The notes below the pieces were generated by a model that worked only from the letters and a program-made list of their open reading frames with translations, was not told the DNA's origin and made no database searches. A stretch of DNA of 31,554 bases from assembly GCA_902774165.1 (NCBI GenBank), contig CACYHJ010000001.1, forward strand, positions 1-31,554, read 5' to 3'. This document shows, piece by piece, positions 1-7,753 of this stretch (its first letter is position 1; every line of letters begins with the position of its first letter). The position numbers were made by a program, and so were the translations under genes. This stretch comes from Oscillospiraceae bacterium. GTDB taxonomy: Bacteria > Bacillota > Clostridia > Oscillospirales > Acutalibacteraceae.

Positions 1-39
1 ACGAACTTCAAATGTACATTTTTATTATACAGGTTCAAT

Positions 40-65
40 TCATTATTCATTATTCATTATTCATT
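40..65. repeat. Heptamer micro-array (TCATTAT)x3 + TCATT
   Basis: Perfect TCATTAT at 40-46, 47-53 and 54-60, then TCATT 61-65; degenerate TCAAT just upstream. Confidence 0.9.
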
Positions 66-98
66 TGATTTGTCGTGGTCGAAGACCTCGACAAATCA
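66..98. other. Long hairpin abutting the heptamer array
   Basis: TGATTTGTCG-T-GGTC-GAA-GACC-T-CGACAAATCA: 10-bp + 4-bp stem with one T/T mismatch and a 3-nt loop. Confidence 0.8.
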
Positions 99-143
99 GA
101 ATTTGCCCGGATCATTCGCCTGAACCCTCAATGGAATACAGAA

Positions 144-180
144 AACAGGAAAAGCAGCCCGTCCGGCTGCTTTTTCTGTT
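144..180. terminator. Bidirectional intrinsic terminator
   Basis: AAAAGCAGCC-CGTCC-GGCTGCTTTT with A/T tracts on both sides, just downstream of the stop at 192 (minus strand). Confidence 0.8.
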
Positions 181-191
181 CACGGATTATT

Positions 192-956
192 TTACATTTC
201 CCTGCTGAAGGGGATTTTCTTTCCGCCGGCGGGAACCGTTCCCCACGGCGTTTGAAGAAATTCGTCGATCAGATTATTGTAGCTGTCGTATTCTTCGGGA
301 TGAATGCAAAAAATATAAGAACGGTTTGTCCCGCGGTGAAAAGTCAGCACCGCTATCCGGGCGTCGTGACAGGCAGAATTCATCTCAAGCATCTTTTTTT
401 GCCAGTGTTCGGGGCTTCTTCTCGCCTTGTGACAATAGTAGACGACGTTCTTTCCTGCGCAGTAATACTCTTTCAATTCCTTGACGGTCGCATATTTCTC
501 CCCGTTTTTCGCATACGCCTTTTTCTCATCGGTCGTTCCGTTATCGGGATCGGCAAAGATCAGATCGGGGTTCTTTGCAAGTAACTCGCTCTTGGCTCTC
601 TCGTGCCATTCCGTTCTTGACGCCCTTCGCTCGTTGCGCGAGCTATGGCTTGTGGACAGTTTTTCATCAAAAAACGCTGCACCGGGAAGGATATCCGCAT
701 TTTCGATATCCTGAATCTTCTTATCTTGCTTATCCTTCGAGCCGAACGGCTGCAGCTTCAGAAAAAGCTCCCGGTCATAGAGCGCATCTGCGCAACCATT
801 CCGGCAATTCAGATACCCCGTAAATTTTCCGTCCTCAGATTCATCATTCCCGGTCAGATACCAGTTTACACCGATTTTAATGCCTTGCCGCAGCAAAAAC
901 CGAAGCAATCCGTATTTTCCATAGTCGCCGATATCGCCGATATACTGATTTTTCAT
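192..956 (-). CDS. Conserved hypothetical protein, possibly an RlmJ-like Rossmann-fold nucleic-acid methyltransferase
   Basis: 254 aa with AAGGA RBS. N-terminal MKNQYIGDIGDYGKYGLL and a DLIFADPDNG strand-loop resemble the RlmJ N-terminal motif and DPPx motif IV. The function is inferred only. Confidence 0.75.
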   Translation of the reverse strand: MKNQYIGDIGDYGKYGLLRFLLRQGIKIGVNWYLTGNDESEDGKFTGYLNCRNGCADALYDRELFLKLQPFGSKDKQDKKIQDIENADILPGAAFFDEKLSTSHSSRNERRASRTEWHERAKSELLAKNPDLIFADPDNGTTDEKKAYAKNGEKYATVKELKEYYCAGKNVVYYCHKARRSPEHWQKKMLEMNSACHDARIAVLTFHRGTNRSYIFCIHPEEYDSYNNLIDEFLQTPWGTVPAGGKKIPFSREM

Positions 957-975
957 GCGATCATATCCTTAATTA

Positions 976-1269
976 TCAAACATTTCTAATATATCCGCAT
1001 TTCGGATAATTCGAGCAGCCGTAGAACTGTTTCCCTGTCCGCGCGCCTTTTCTCGCGGTGCGCAGAACGAGCTTGCCGCCGCAAAACGGGCAATCCGCCG
1101 GGACGGGCTCTGATTCTTCAGCGTTGTTTTTATCTGTGTTTCCGTTTTTCTGTTCCACATGCCCTTCCGTCGGATAGGGAATCTTTTTTTGCGGCTCTGC
1201 GGCGGGAACGGCAGATTGATCCTCACTTTTCGCATCTGCCGGTGTTTGCAGCGTCATCGGTAAGGTCAC
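976..1269 (-). CDS. Small protein with a topoisomerase-type C4 zinc ribbon
   Basis: C-terminal CPFCGGKLVLRTARKG..GKQFYGCSNYPKC is the zf-C4_Topoisom pattern. GTG start overlaps the upstream TGA (GTGA at 1266-1269). Confidence 0.75.
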   Translation of the reverse strand: MTLPMTLQTPADAKSEDQSAVPAAEPQKKIPYPTEGHVEQKNGNTDKNNAEESEPVPADCPFCGGKLVLRTARKGARTGKQFYGCSNYPKCGYIRNV

Positions 1270-1601
1270 CGTTTTTCAAGGTATTGTACCGGCTTTCCCG
1301 TTTCCTCCGCATATTCGATCTCCGAGCGGGTGCTCTCGCCGATATAACCGCCGACGTTGACGACAAAAATCTCATCCGCCATGTCGATCTTGCGCTTGTG
1401 CATATCGTCGAGCATTTCCTTCGTCTTCGTCAGCGTTCCCTCGTCCATATTTTCCCAGACCTCGACGTCGCCGGAATGGCCGAACAGACCGACGCTGATG
1501 ACGATGTTTCCCGCCAGCGTCAGCCGTTTCTGCGCTTCCTCAAACTCCTTTCGGAAGCGTGTGCTCCCGCAGAGTGTGATCACCTTATACTTGCCGACCA
1601 T
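1266..1601 (-). CDS. DUF4406-like / nucleoside 2-deoxyribosyltransferase-superfamily protein
   Basis: ATG at 1601 with GGAGG RBS. VITLCGSTRF...HKRKIDMADEIFVVNVGGYIGESTRSEIEYA matches the NDT-like alpha/beta family with its conserved G...E motif. Confidence 0.85.
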   Translation of the reverse strand: MVGKYKVITLCGSTRFRKEFEEAQKRLTLAGNIVISVGLFGHSGDVEVWENMDEGTLTKTKEMLDDMHKRKIDMADEIFVVNVGGYIGESTRSEIEYAEETGKPVQYLEKR

Positions 1602-1666
1602 ACCGTTTGCCTCCGTCAAACCGGGTTCGCAGGCCCGCCGGACGCGGACCGGAATCCGCCGGACAA

Positions 1667-1954
1667 TTATCCGTCGTCCCGCACGGTGAAGCAGGATTCG
1701 TCCCCGACCGTGGGGATCGTTTTGCTGTACAGATTCTCAATCTGAATGTAAGTCCCGCGCTCGACCGCAAGGATCACGCCGTCGATCTGTTCCTCCGTTC
1801 CCTGGATCTCCATGGAAACGGAGCCGTCGGAATCGTTCCGGACCCATCCCGTCGCCCCCAGCGCGTTCGCTGCCTTTTCCGCGCGCCAGCGAAAGCCCAC
1901 GCCCTGTACGAAGCCGGTAAACCGCAGCGCCCGGCGAATCACTCTGTTGCTCAT
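1667..1954 (-). CDS. acyP: Acylphosphatase
   Basis: 95 aa. Signatures G.VQGVGFR and GWVRNDSDGSV; ATGA overlap with the upstream gene at 1951-1954. Confidence 0.92.
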   Translation of the reverse strand: MSNRVIRRALRFTGFVQGVGFRWRAEKAANALGATGWVRNDSDGSVSMEIQGTEEQIDGVILAVERGTYIQIENLYSKTIPTVGDESCFTVRDDG

Positions 1955-2241
1955 TCTTTTACCTCGATCACAACGTGTACCGGATCGCCGTCGCCCTTGT
2001 TCAGCTTTTTCCGGATCGATTTGAGCACGCCGATCACATAGCACACCGAGCCGTCCGGGTTTTTCACACCCATGTTGACGATGCTGCCGTCGTAAGGTTC
2101 GCCGTCGAATTCCGCCCGGACCCGCACGCGGCCCCTGCCGAATTCCCGCCGGATATCCCACGGGAACGCGGCGTACGCCCCGCCGCTGTCGGGATCCACG
2201 CGGATCACCGCGTCGTATTCATACCTTTTTGTCTCATTCAT
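1951..2241 (-). CDS. DUF1905 domain-containing protein
   Basis: 96 aa. GGAYAAFPWD...GRGRVRVRAEFDGEPYDGSIVNMG...IRKKLNKGDGDPVHV pattern; ATGA overlap at 2238-2241. Confidence 0.85.
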   Translation of the reverse strand: MNETKRYEYDAVIRVDPDSGGAYAAFPWDIRREFGRGRVRVRAEFDGEPYDGSIVNMGVKNPDGSVCYVIGVLKSIRKKLNKGDGDPVHVVIEVKE

Positions 2242-2573
2242 CGCAGGATCTTCTCCATCGGTCTGCCCTTCGCCAGCTCATCGACCAGCTTGTCGAGCTG
2301 CCGGATCTTTCGCATCAGCGGATCCTCGATCGAGGCCATGTCCACGCCGCACACCTTGCCTGTGATCAGACCGGCGCGGGGGTTCATCGCCGGGGCGTTC
2401 TCAAAAAACGCGCCGTATGGCGTCGCCGGATCGACACTGTCCATCTCGTACCCGGTCAGCCACCGGATCACCTCGTCCAGCTCGTCTTTCGTCCTTCCCT
2501 TTCGCTCGACCTTTGCCAGCAGCAGGGGATAAACCTTTGAAACGGGCATATCGAAAATGCTTTGTCTTGCCAT
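2238..2573 (-). CDS. DUF2200 family protein
   Basis: ATG at 2573 with AGGAG RBS. SKVYPLLLAKVERKGRTKDELDEVIRWLTGY...ITGKVCGV...IEDPLMRKIRQLDKLVDELAKG. Confidence 0.9.
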   Translation of the reverse strand: MARQSIFDMPVSKVYPLLLAKVERKGRTKDELDEVIRWLTGYEMDSVDPATPYGAFFENAPAMNPRAGLITGKVCGVDMASIEDPLMRKIRQLDKLVDELAKGRPMEKILR

Positions 2574-2612
2574 CGGGTCCACTCCTGTTGTATCCGTGCG
2601 GATTCTCTCTTT

Positions 2613-2641
2613 ATTCTATCTGAAAACGGGTTTATCGTCAA
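2613..2641 (-). promoter_or_regulatory. Sigma-A promoter of the six-gene operon
   Basis: TTGACG-N17-TAGAAT on the minus strand. Confidence 0.75.
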
Positions 2642-2649
2642 TATTAAAT

Positions 2650-2682
2650 CGGCAGATATTCGTACTTGCCGAATATCTGCCG
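2650..2682 (-). terminator. Intrinsic terminator after the lipoprotein gene
   Basis: Perfect 13-bp inverted repeat CGGCAGATATTCG / CGAATATCTGCCG with a 7-nt loop, followed by an AT-rich tract on the minus strand. Confidence 0.7.
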
Positions 2683-2759
2683 GGATATTTCAATATCGTC
2701 TTGCCGGAACAAAAGAGTTCCGTTTTTCGCTATGCCGAGGGGATCATGCTTCGACTGGC

Positions 2760-3548
2760 TCACGCGATTGCGAACTCGCCGTGCTGATAGGGCTTCCATT
2801 GTACGCCGTCGCCGCGCTTCGCGGTGCAGCCGTTGAAAAAGATCGCGCCGTTGCCGCTGCGCCATTTTTCGGCGTCGAAGGAGATCTGGGACGCGCTGTC
2901 TTTGCCGTCTTCCGTTTTCTTTATGCTCAGCAGCACGCCGTCCTTCCAATAGAGCTCGCTTTTCTCCACGTAGCCGTTCTGCGCCAGCTCCTCGAAGCCG
3001 TACCGCAGCGCCTGCGCGCCGTGCCGCCCCGCGAAGATCCACGCGACGGCGGCTTTTTCACCGTCGGTGAGGCCGCCGGGCGCGTCGTTTAAATCGACGC
3101 TGATATAAGTGATATCCGCGTTGAGGGCGCCGTCTTCTTTCCAGAGGTCTTCCAGCACCTCAAGATAGAGCCCGCACAGGTCGCCGTGGTCCTCTTTTCC
3201 CGCGGTTTCGATTTCTGCCGCCGCGCCGGTGATCTGCGCCGGCCAGGTCTCCAGCACGGTAAAATCCGGCTCAAAGGCAAGGAGCGTCCCGTTTTCAAGG
3301 TGTTCCGGCGCCGCCGTTTTGCCGTCCGCGGAGATCGTCAGCTCCTTCACGTTTGCCGTATAGACCTCGCCGCTCCCCTTGCCCGCAAGAATCAGCTGAT
3401 CCGTGCCCGCGCCCTCGACGACGCGCAGGGCGACCGTGTTCTCCGCCGGGCCGGCAGTCGTCTCCCCGCCGGAGCCGACGCGGCTCCCGCAGGCGCAGAG
3501 GGAGAACAGCAGCGCGAGCATACAGATCACGGAAACGATTTTTTTCAT
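2760..3548 (-). CDS. Uncharacterised lipoprotein
   Basis: ATG at 3548 with GAAGGGGG RBS. MKKIVSVICMLALLFSLCAC-G signal peptide with lipobox; 262 aa. Confidence 0.85.
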   Translation of the reverse strand: MKKIVSVICMLALLFSLCACGSRVGSGGETTAGPAENTVALRVVEGAGTDQLILAGKGSGEVYTANVKELTISADGKTAAPEHLENGTLLAFEPDFTVLETWPAQITGAAAEIETAGKEDHGDLCGLYLEVLEDLWKEDGALNADITYISVDLNDAPGGLTDGEKAAVAWIFAGRHGAQALRYGFEELAQNGYVEKSELYWKDGVLLSIKKTEDGKDSASQISFDAEKWRSGNGAIFFNGCTAKRGDGVQWKPYQHGEFAIA

Positions 3549-3585
3549 CGCGTGAAACCCCCTTCGTTTTTCTTTCCGTAAACAA

Positions 3586-3611
3586 GACGCGGAAAGAACG
3601 GGAAGTGTTGC
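3586..3611 (-). promoter_or_regulatory. ECF-sigma-type promoter upstream of the lipoprotein
   Basis: GCAAC-N17-CGTC on the minus strand, matching the Firmicutes cell-envelope ECF pattern (AAC ... CGT). Confidence 0.5.
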
Positions 3612-3651
3612 GCCGGGGAGTAAAAAAAGAATATCCGCCGTCGTTTTCGTC

Positions 3652-4902
3652 TTATTCCGCGACCAGCAGCGCGCCGCAGCCGGAGCGCAGACGGAACCGG
3701 AATTTTCCGTCCGCCGTTTCCGGCGCAAGCTCGCCGTCCGGGGTGATCACGCGCACGTCGGCGCCGTTTGTCGAAAATTCCACCGCCGAGTCCGTTCCGT
3801 TCTCCCCCCACGGGTCGCCGGCACTGCACAGATAAAGCGCCTGTTTGCCGCTGCCGTCCCGGGCGGCCATCTGACCGGCGAGAAGCGGCGCCCCGTCCGT
3901 CATGCGAACGCCGAAGAACACGCCGGTGTTCAGCGCGTCCTTCACTTCCGCGCCGACGCCGGCAGGCTCGTATTTGCCGTCGAAGCCGATGAAATGCGTG
4001 GAAACGGTTCTGTATTTCATATATTCCGGACCGATGGCGTGAAGCTCCGCGTTGACGGTTTTCAGCTTGTCGTACTGCTCGGTCTTCTCGCCCTTGTCGT
4101 CCAGCACCTGATTGTGCCACCAGCCGGCGGTATAGCAGGCCCAGGTAATCACCTCGGCGCCGAAGGCGAGGGCGGTGTTCGCCTGGAACCGGAGCCGGTC
4201 GACGCTGATCCACTCCTCGGGACGGTTGGAGTTGACCTGCAGCACGATCCACATGGAGCGCCCCGTGGCGCGGCAGGCGTCCGCGACCACCCGCAGGTTT
4301 TCATAAGCCCGGTTGACCCCGAGGAAGGAATTCCGGTCGGCAGTCAGGGAATACATGTAGAAATCATAGCAGAGATAGTCAAGGCCCACATATTCGCAGT
4401 ATTGCCGGATATGCTCCTCATAGGTGGTGGTGCCCAGCTGGTTCACGGTCTGCTGCGCCGTGTTCTGCGCGACGGAGGCATAGTTCGGGTACAGGTTCAG
4501 GTACGCGAACTGATTGGGGAACAGCCGCTCCGTCTCCGCCGCGACCCTGCCGTAATGGGGAAAATCCAGCGCGGAGGGCTCGTCGCCCACGTCGATGCCC
4601 CAGATTGCGGGATGGTCCGTGAATTGTTCCGCCGCCTCGGCGTACTTCTCCAAGGGATTGCGCTGAGCCATCTGCCCGGCGTTCGCGCCGTCGCCGCCCC
4701 ACCAGCCGGGAACGACGCCGGAGACCACCGCGCCCACGCCGTATTTCGCGAAAAGATCCAGCGCGTCGCGGTCGTTCCCCATGCAGACGATGAAATCGAC
4801 GCCGCATTCTTTGATCCCGCGGATCTGCCGCTCGCCTCTCGCGTAGGGCTGCAGAATATATGCGCCGACGTTCAGGCGGCTTCTGTCCATGCGTTTGTTC
4901 AT
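3652..4902 (-). CDS. Putative TIM-barrel glycoside hydrolase-like protein (DEP motif)
   Basis: ATG at 4902 with AAGGAG RBS; 416 aa. HPAIWGIDVGDEPS, YLNLYPNY, YLCYDFY, MWIVLQV and ITWACY fit a (beta/alpha)8 glycosidase fold plus a C-terminal beta domain. No signal peptide. Confidence 0.7.
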   Translation of the reverse strand: MNKRMDRSRLNVGAYILQPYARGERQIRGIKECGVDFIVCMGNDRDALDLFAKYGVGAVVSGVVPGWWGGDGANAGQMAQRNPLEKYAEAAEQFTDHPAIWGIDVGDEPSALDFPHYGRVAAETERLFPNQFAYLNLYPNYASVAQNTAQQTVNQLGTTTYEEHIRQYCEYVGLDYLCYDFYMYSLTADRNSFLGVNRAYENLRVVADACRATGRSMWIVLQVNSNRPEEWISVDRLRFQANTALAFGAEVITWACYTAGWWHNQVLDDKGEKTEQYDKLKTVNAELHAIGPEYMKYRTVSTHFIGFDGKYEPAGVGAEVKDALNTGVFFGVRMTDGAPLLAGQMAARDGSGKQALYLCSAGDPWGENGTDSAVEFSTNGADVRVITPDGELAPETADGKFRFRLRSGCGALLVAE

Positions 4903-4954
4903 TTGAATTCGCTCCTTTTGTACCTTGCGCCGACGCCGGCGCCGTTCTGTTCTG

Positions 4955-4983
4955 ACTATACCATAAAACGGAAACGAATTCAA
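4955..4983 (-). promoter_or_regulatory. Sigma-A promoter with extended -10
   Basis: TTGAAT-N17-TATAGT with TG at the extended -10 position. Confidence 0.7.
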
Positions 4984-5011
4984 GCGCATCCGGACTTTCC
5001 ACGGCGAACGC

Positions 5012-5596
5012 TCAGGGACGGACGCAGAACAGGCCGTGCCGGTTGCAGTAGGCGTAAATCCTCGCCGTGCGGCAGATCTTGAACCGCGCCTCGGCGCCGC
5101 CCTCCGGATAGAGCTTCACAAACTGAAATCCCTGATCAGATACGGCGGCGAGGAAGGAGATATAATGGTCCTTTTCCATCGGGTGGGCCACCGTGACGTA
5201 ATACTCATCCTCCGAGATCTCCGCGCGGATGAAATGGTCCGGGTCCGCCGGCTCCGGCTCCGCGGGCGGCAGGGTGATTCCGCAGCAGCTGACCACCGCC
5301 TCCCCGACCGACCGCAGCACGTTGCCGCAGACGGGACAGACGTAAAATTTGCCCTTGGTGATATCGGCGGCGCGGTTCCGGTTGCGGATATCCTCGCCGG
5401 AGAGCAGTTCGATCACCGAAAGATCCAGCGCCCCTGCCAGCGGCTCCAGCAGGCTGATATCCGGGAAGCCCTGTCCCGTCTCCCATTTGCTCACGGCCTT
5501 GCCGCTGACAAAAATCTTTCCCGCAAGCTCCTCCTGCGTCATTTTTTTCCGTTCGCGGAGCCGTCTGATCACGGCTCCCGTAATGTAACGATCCAT
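5012..5596 (-). CDS. XRE-family HTH regulator fused to a desulfoferrodoxin/superoxide-reductase-like domain
   Basis: ATG at 5596 with AGGAGG RBS. HTH IRRLRERKKMTQEELA...VSKWETGQGFPD, followed by CPVC-x13-CC, HPM, DHYI and YCNRHGL. Confidence 0.88.
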   Translation of the reverse strand: MDRYITGAVIRRLRERKKMTQEELAGKIFVSGKAVSKWETGQGFPDISLLEPLAGALDLSVIELLSGEDIRNRNRAADITKGKFYVCPVCGNVLRSVGEAVVSCCGITLPPAEPEPADPDHFIRAEISEDEYYVTVAHPMEKDHYISFLAAVSDQGFQFVKLYPEGGAEARFKICRTARIYAYCNRHGLFCVRP

Positions 5597-5618
5597 AAGA
5601 TTCGCCTCCTGTACCTTT

Positions 5619-5647
5619 ATCCTAACGCATCCGCGGCGAAAGGGCAA
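5619..5647 (-). promoter_or_regulatory. Sigma-A-like promoter
   Basis: TTGCCC-N17-TAGGAT on the minus strand. Confidence 0.5.
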
Positions 5648-5702
5648 CCCACGCGTCGTGGAGCGGGGCGCAAACGGAACGAAAATGCCGGACAAAGAAA
5701 CG

Positions 5703-5735
5703 GCCGGAACGGTCCGTCAGGATTCCCGTTCCGGC
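5703..5735 (-). terminator. Probable terminator after the GH42 gene
   Basis: GCCGGAACGG / CCGTTCCGGC 10-bp inverted repeat followed by a T-rich tract on the minus strand. Confidence 0.5.
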
Positions 5736-5750
5736 TTTATACAGTGATAA

Positions 5751-7751
5751 TTATCGCAGGATCAGATACCCGTTTTCCGGCAATGTGATCTCGCCCGACA
5801 CCGTCCTGTCCGCGGCCACGTCCCGGTATTCCCGGTCGAGGACGACGGTTTTTTCTTCGCCGCCGAAGTTCATCACGAACAGCAGCTCTCCGCGTTTTCT
5901 CGTGCTCACGCCCTCCGGCAGCGGGAACGCCGCGTCAGGCTGAATTTGCATTTCGTCGATCAGGCCGCCGCAGAAATCGTCGATAAAATCCTGCTGAGGG
6001 CGGAACGCGACGTAATACGCTTCGCCGTTCCCGTATGCGTTTTTCGTCACGGCGGGCGTCCCCGCGTAATAAGAGGCGGTCCGGTATTCGCCGAGCGCTG
6101 TCGCGCCCTCCGCGTGGATCACGTCGCAGGTGTATTCGGCGCGGTAGGTTCTGCCGCCGAAGGAAACGAGGTTGTATTCCCCCTCGTCAAGGGAATCCGT
6201 CTCCTCCGCCCACACGCCGAAAACTTTCCGCAGCCCGCCGCCGGGGAACCCGCCGAGGTAACACAGGTCGTCTTCATCCGCGATCCCGGTCAGATAGGTG
6301 CCGATCCAGCGGCCTCCGCCGCGCACATAGCGTTCGATCCTTTCCGCGGTTCCGGCGCGTACCATATAAAGGAACGGCGCCGCGATCAGATCGTAGCGGT
6401 CAAAGTCCTGATCCGCGCTGATCACGTCAACAGGGATCCCCCTGCTCCAGAACGCTCTGTACCAACGTTCGCAGACCTTGTCGTAATCCCTGCGGTCGCG
6501 GTGATAGCCGCAGAAAAAGTCCACCGCCCAGCTGTTTTCTCTATCGTATAGGATCGCGGCCTTCGCGGTCGTCCGCGCGCCGACGACCGCGTCCAGCTTT
6601 TCGAGAACCGCGCCCAGCCTTGCCACGTCGCGGAACACACGGGTATTTTCGTGCCCGACGTGGTCCACGACCGCGCCGTGGAATTTTTCATGCCCGCCGC
6701 GGCTCTTGCGCCATTGGAAATACTGCACGCTGTCCGCGCCGTGAGCCACCGCCTGAATGGCGGAGAGCTCTTGCACGCCGGACTTCAGCTGCCGGTTCAC
6801 GCCCTTCCAGTTGACGATCGAGGGGGTGCTTTCCATCATATAAAAGGGCTTTCCGTCCTTCATCGAGCGGAAATAATCATGCACGAACGCGGTCTCGTTC
6901 GCGCTCTCCGTGTTGTCGCCGTTGGTCCAGTCCGGGTAATTGTCCCAGGAGATCACGTCGACATAAGGCGCGAAGCTGTGATAGTCGATCCCCTTGTAAA
7001 GCCGCATCATATTCGTCGTGACCGGCACGTCCGGGGTGATCTCCCGCAGGGGCGCGATCTCGTTGAGATAAAACGAGAGATGCTGCTGCGTCGTGAACCG
7101 CCGCCACGCCAGCCTGAGGGCGGGCACATGGTTCTCGCCCCGGTATTTCGGGGACGAGATCTGATCCCAGCTTGTGAAGCGGTGGCTCCAGAAGCCGTTC
7201 CACCACTTGAAATTCAGCCGGTCGAGCGTTCCGTATTCCTTTTGCAGCCATTCGCGGAACGCCTTCTGACATAATTCGCAGTGGCACTCGCCGCTGTATT
7301 CGTTGGAAATGTGCCACATAAACAGCGCCGGGTGGTCCTTATACCGCTGCGCCAGCATCCGGTTGATCGCGGCGGTCTTCTCCCGGTAGACCGGCGAGGT
7401 CAGGCAGTGGTTGTGCCGCACGCCGTATTCGTTGCGCACGCCGCTTTCCTCCACCCGCAGCACCTCAGGGTATTTCTGCGCCATCCAGGGCGGGCGCGCG
7501 CCGGAGGGCGTGGCAAGGATCGCCTTTTTGCCGTGGGACGCCAGCTTGTCCATGATCTCGTCTAGCCAGCCGAAGTTGTAAACGCCCTCCTCCGGCTCCA
7601 GCAGCGACCATGCGAAGATGCCCACCGTGGCGGAGTTGACCTTGGCAAGGTCCATCAGACGCATATCCTCGTCCCATATTTCTTTCGTATCGACCCACTG
7701 GTCCGGGTTGTAGTCTCCCCCGTGGATGATCCGGTCGTAATACTTATCCAT
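5751..7751 (-). CDS. Beta-galactosidase, GH42
   Basis: GGDYNPDQW, FAWSLLEPEEG.Y.FGWLD, WHISNEY (acid/base), FYMMEST (nucleophile), SVQYFQWR, GHEKFHG and a trimerisation domain. ATG at 7751 with GAGGT RBS. Confidence 0.95.
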   Translation of the reverse strand: MDKYYDRIIHGGDYNPDQWVDTKEIWDEDMRLMDLAKVNSATVGIFAWSLLEPEEGVYNFGWLDEIMDKLASHGKKAILATPSGARPPWMAQKYPEVLRVEESGVRNEYGVRHNHCLTSPVYREKTAAINRMLAQRYKDHPALFMWHISNEYSGECHCELCQKAFREWLQKEYGTLDRLNFKWWNGFWSHRFTSWDQISSPKYRGENHVPALRLAWRRFTTQQHLSFYLNEIAPLREITPDVPVTTNMMRLYKGIDYHSFAPYVDVISWDNYPDWTNGDNTESANETAFVHDYFRSMKDGKPFYMMESTPSIVNWKGVNRQLKSGVQELSAIQAVAHGADSVQYFQWRKSRGGHEKFHGAVVDHVGHENTRVFRDVARLGAVLEKLDAVVGARTTAKAAILYDRENSWAVDFFCGYHRDRRDYDKVCERWYRAFWSRGIPVDVISADQDFDRYDLIAAPFLYMVRAGTAERIERYVRGGGRWIGTYLTGIADEDDLCYLGGFPGGGLRKVFGVWAEETDSLDEGEYNLVSFGGRTYRAEYTCDVIHAEGATALGEYRTASYYAGTPAVTKNAYGNGEAYYVAFRPQQDFIDDFCGGLIDEMQIQPDAAFPLPEGVSTRKRGELLFVMNFGGEEKTVVLDREYRDVAADRTVSGEITLPENGYLILR

Positions 7752-7753
7752 AA

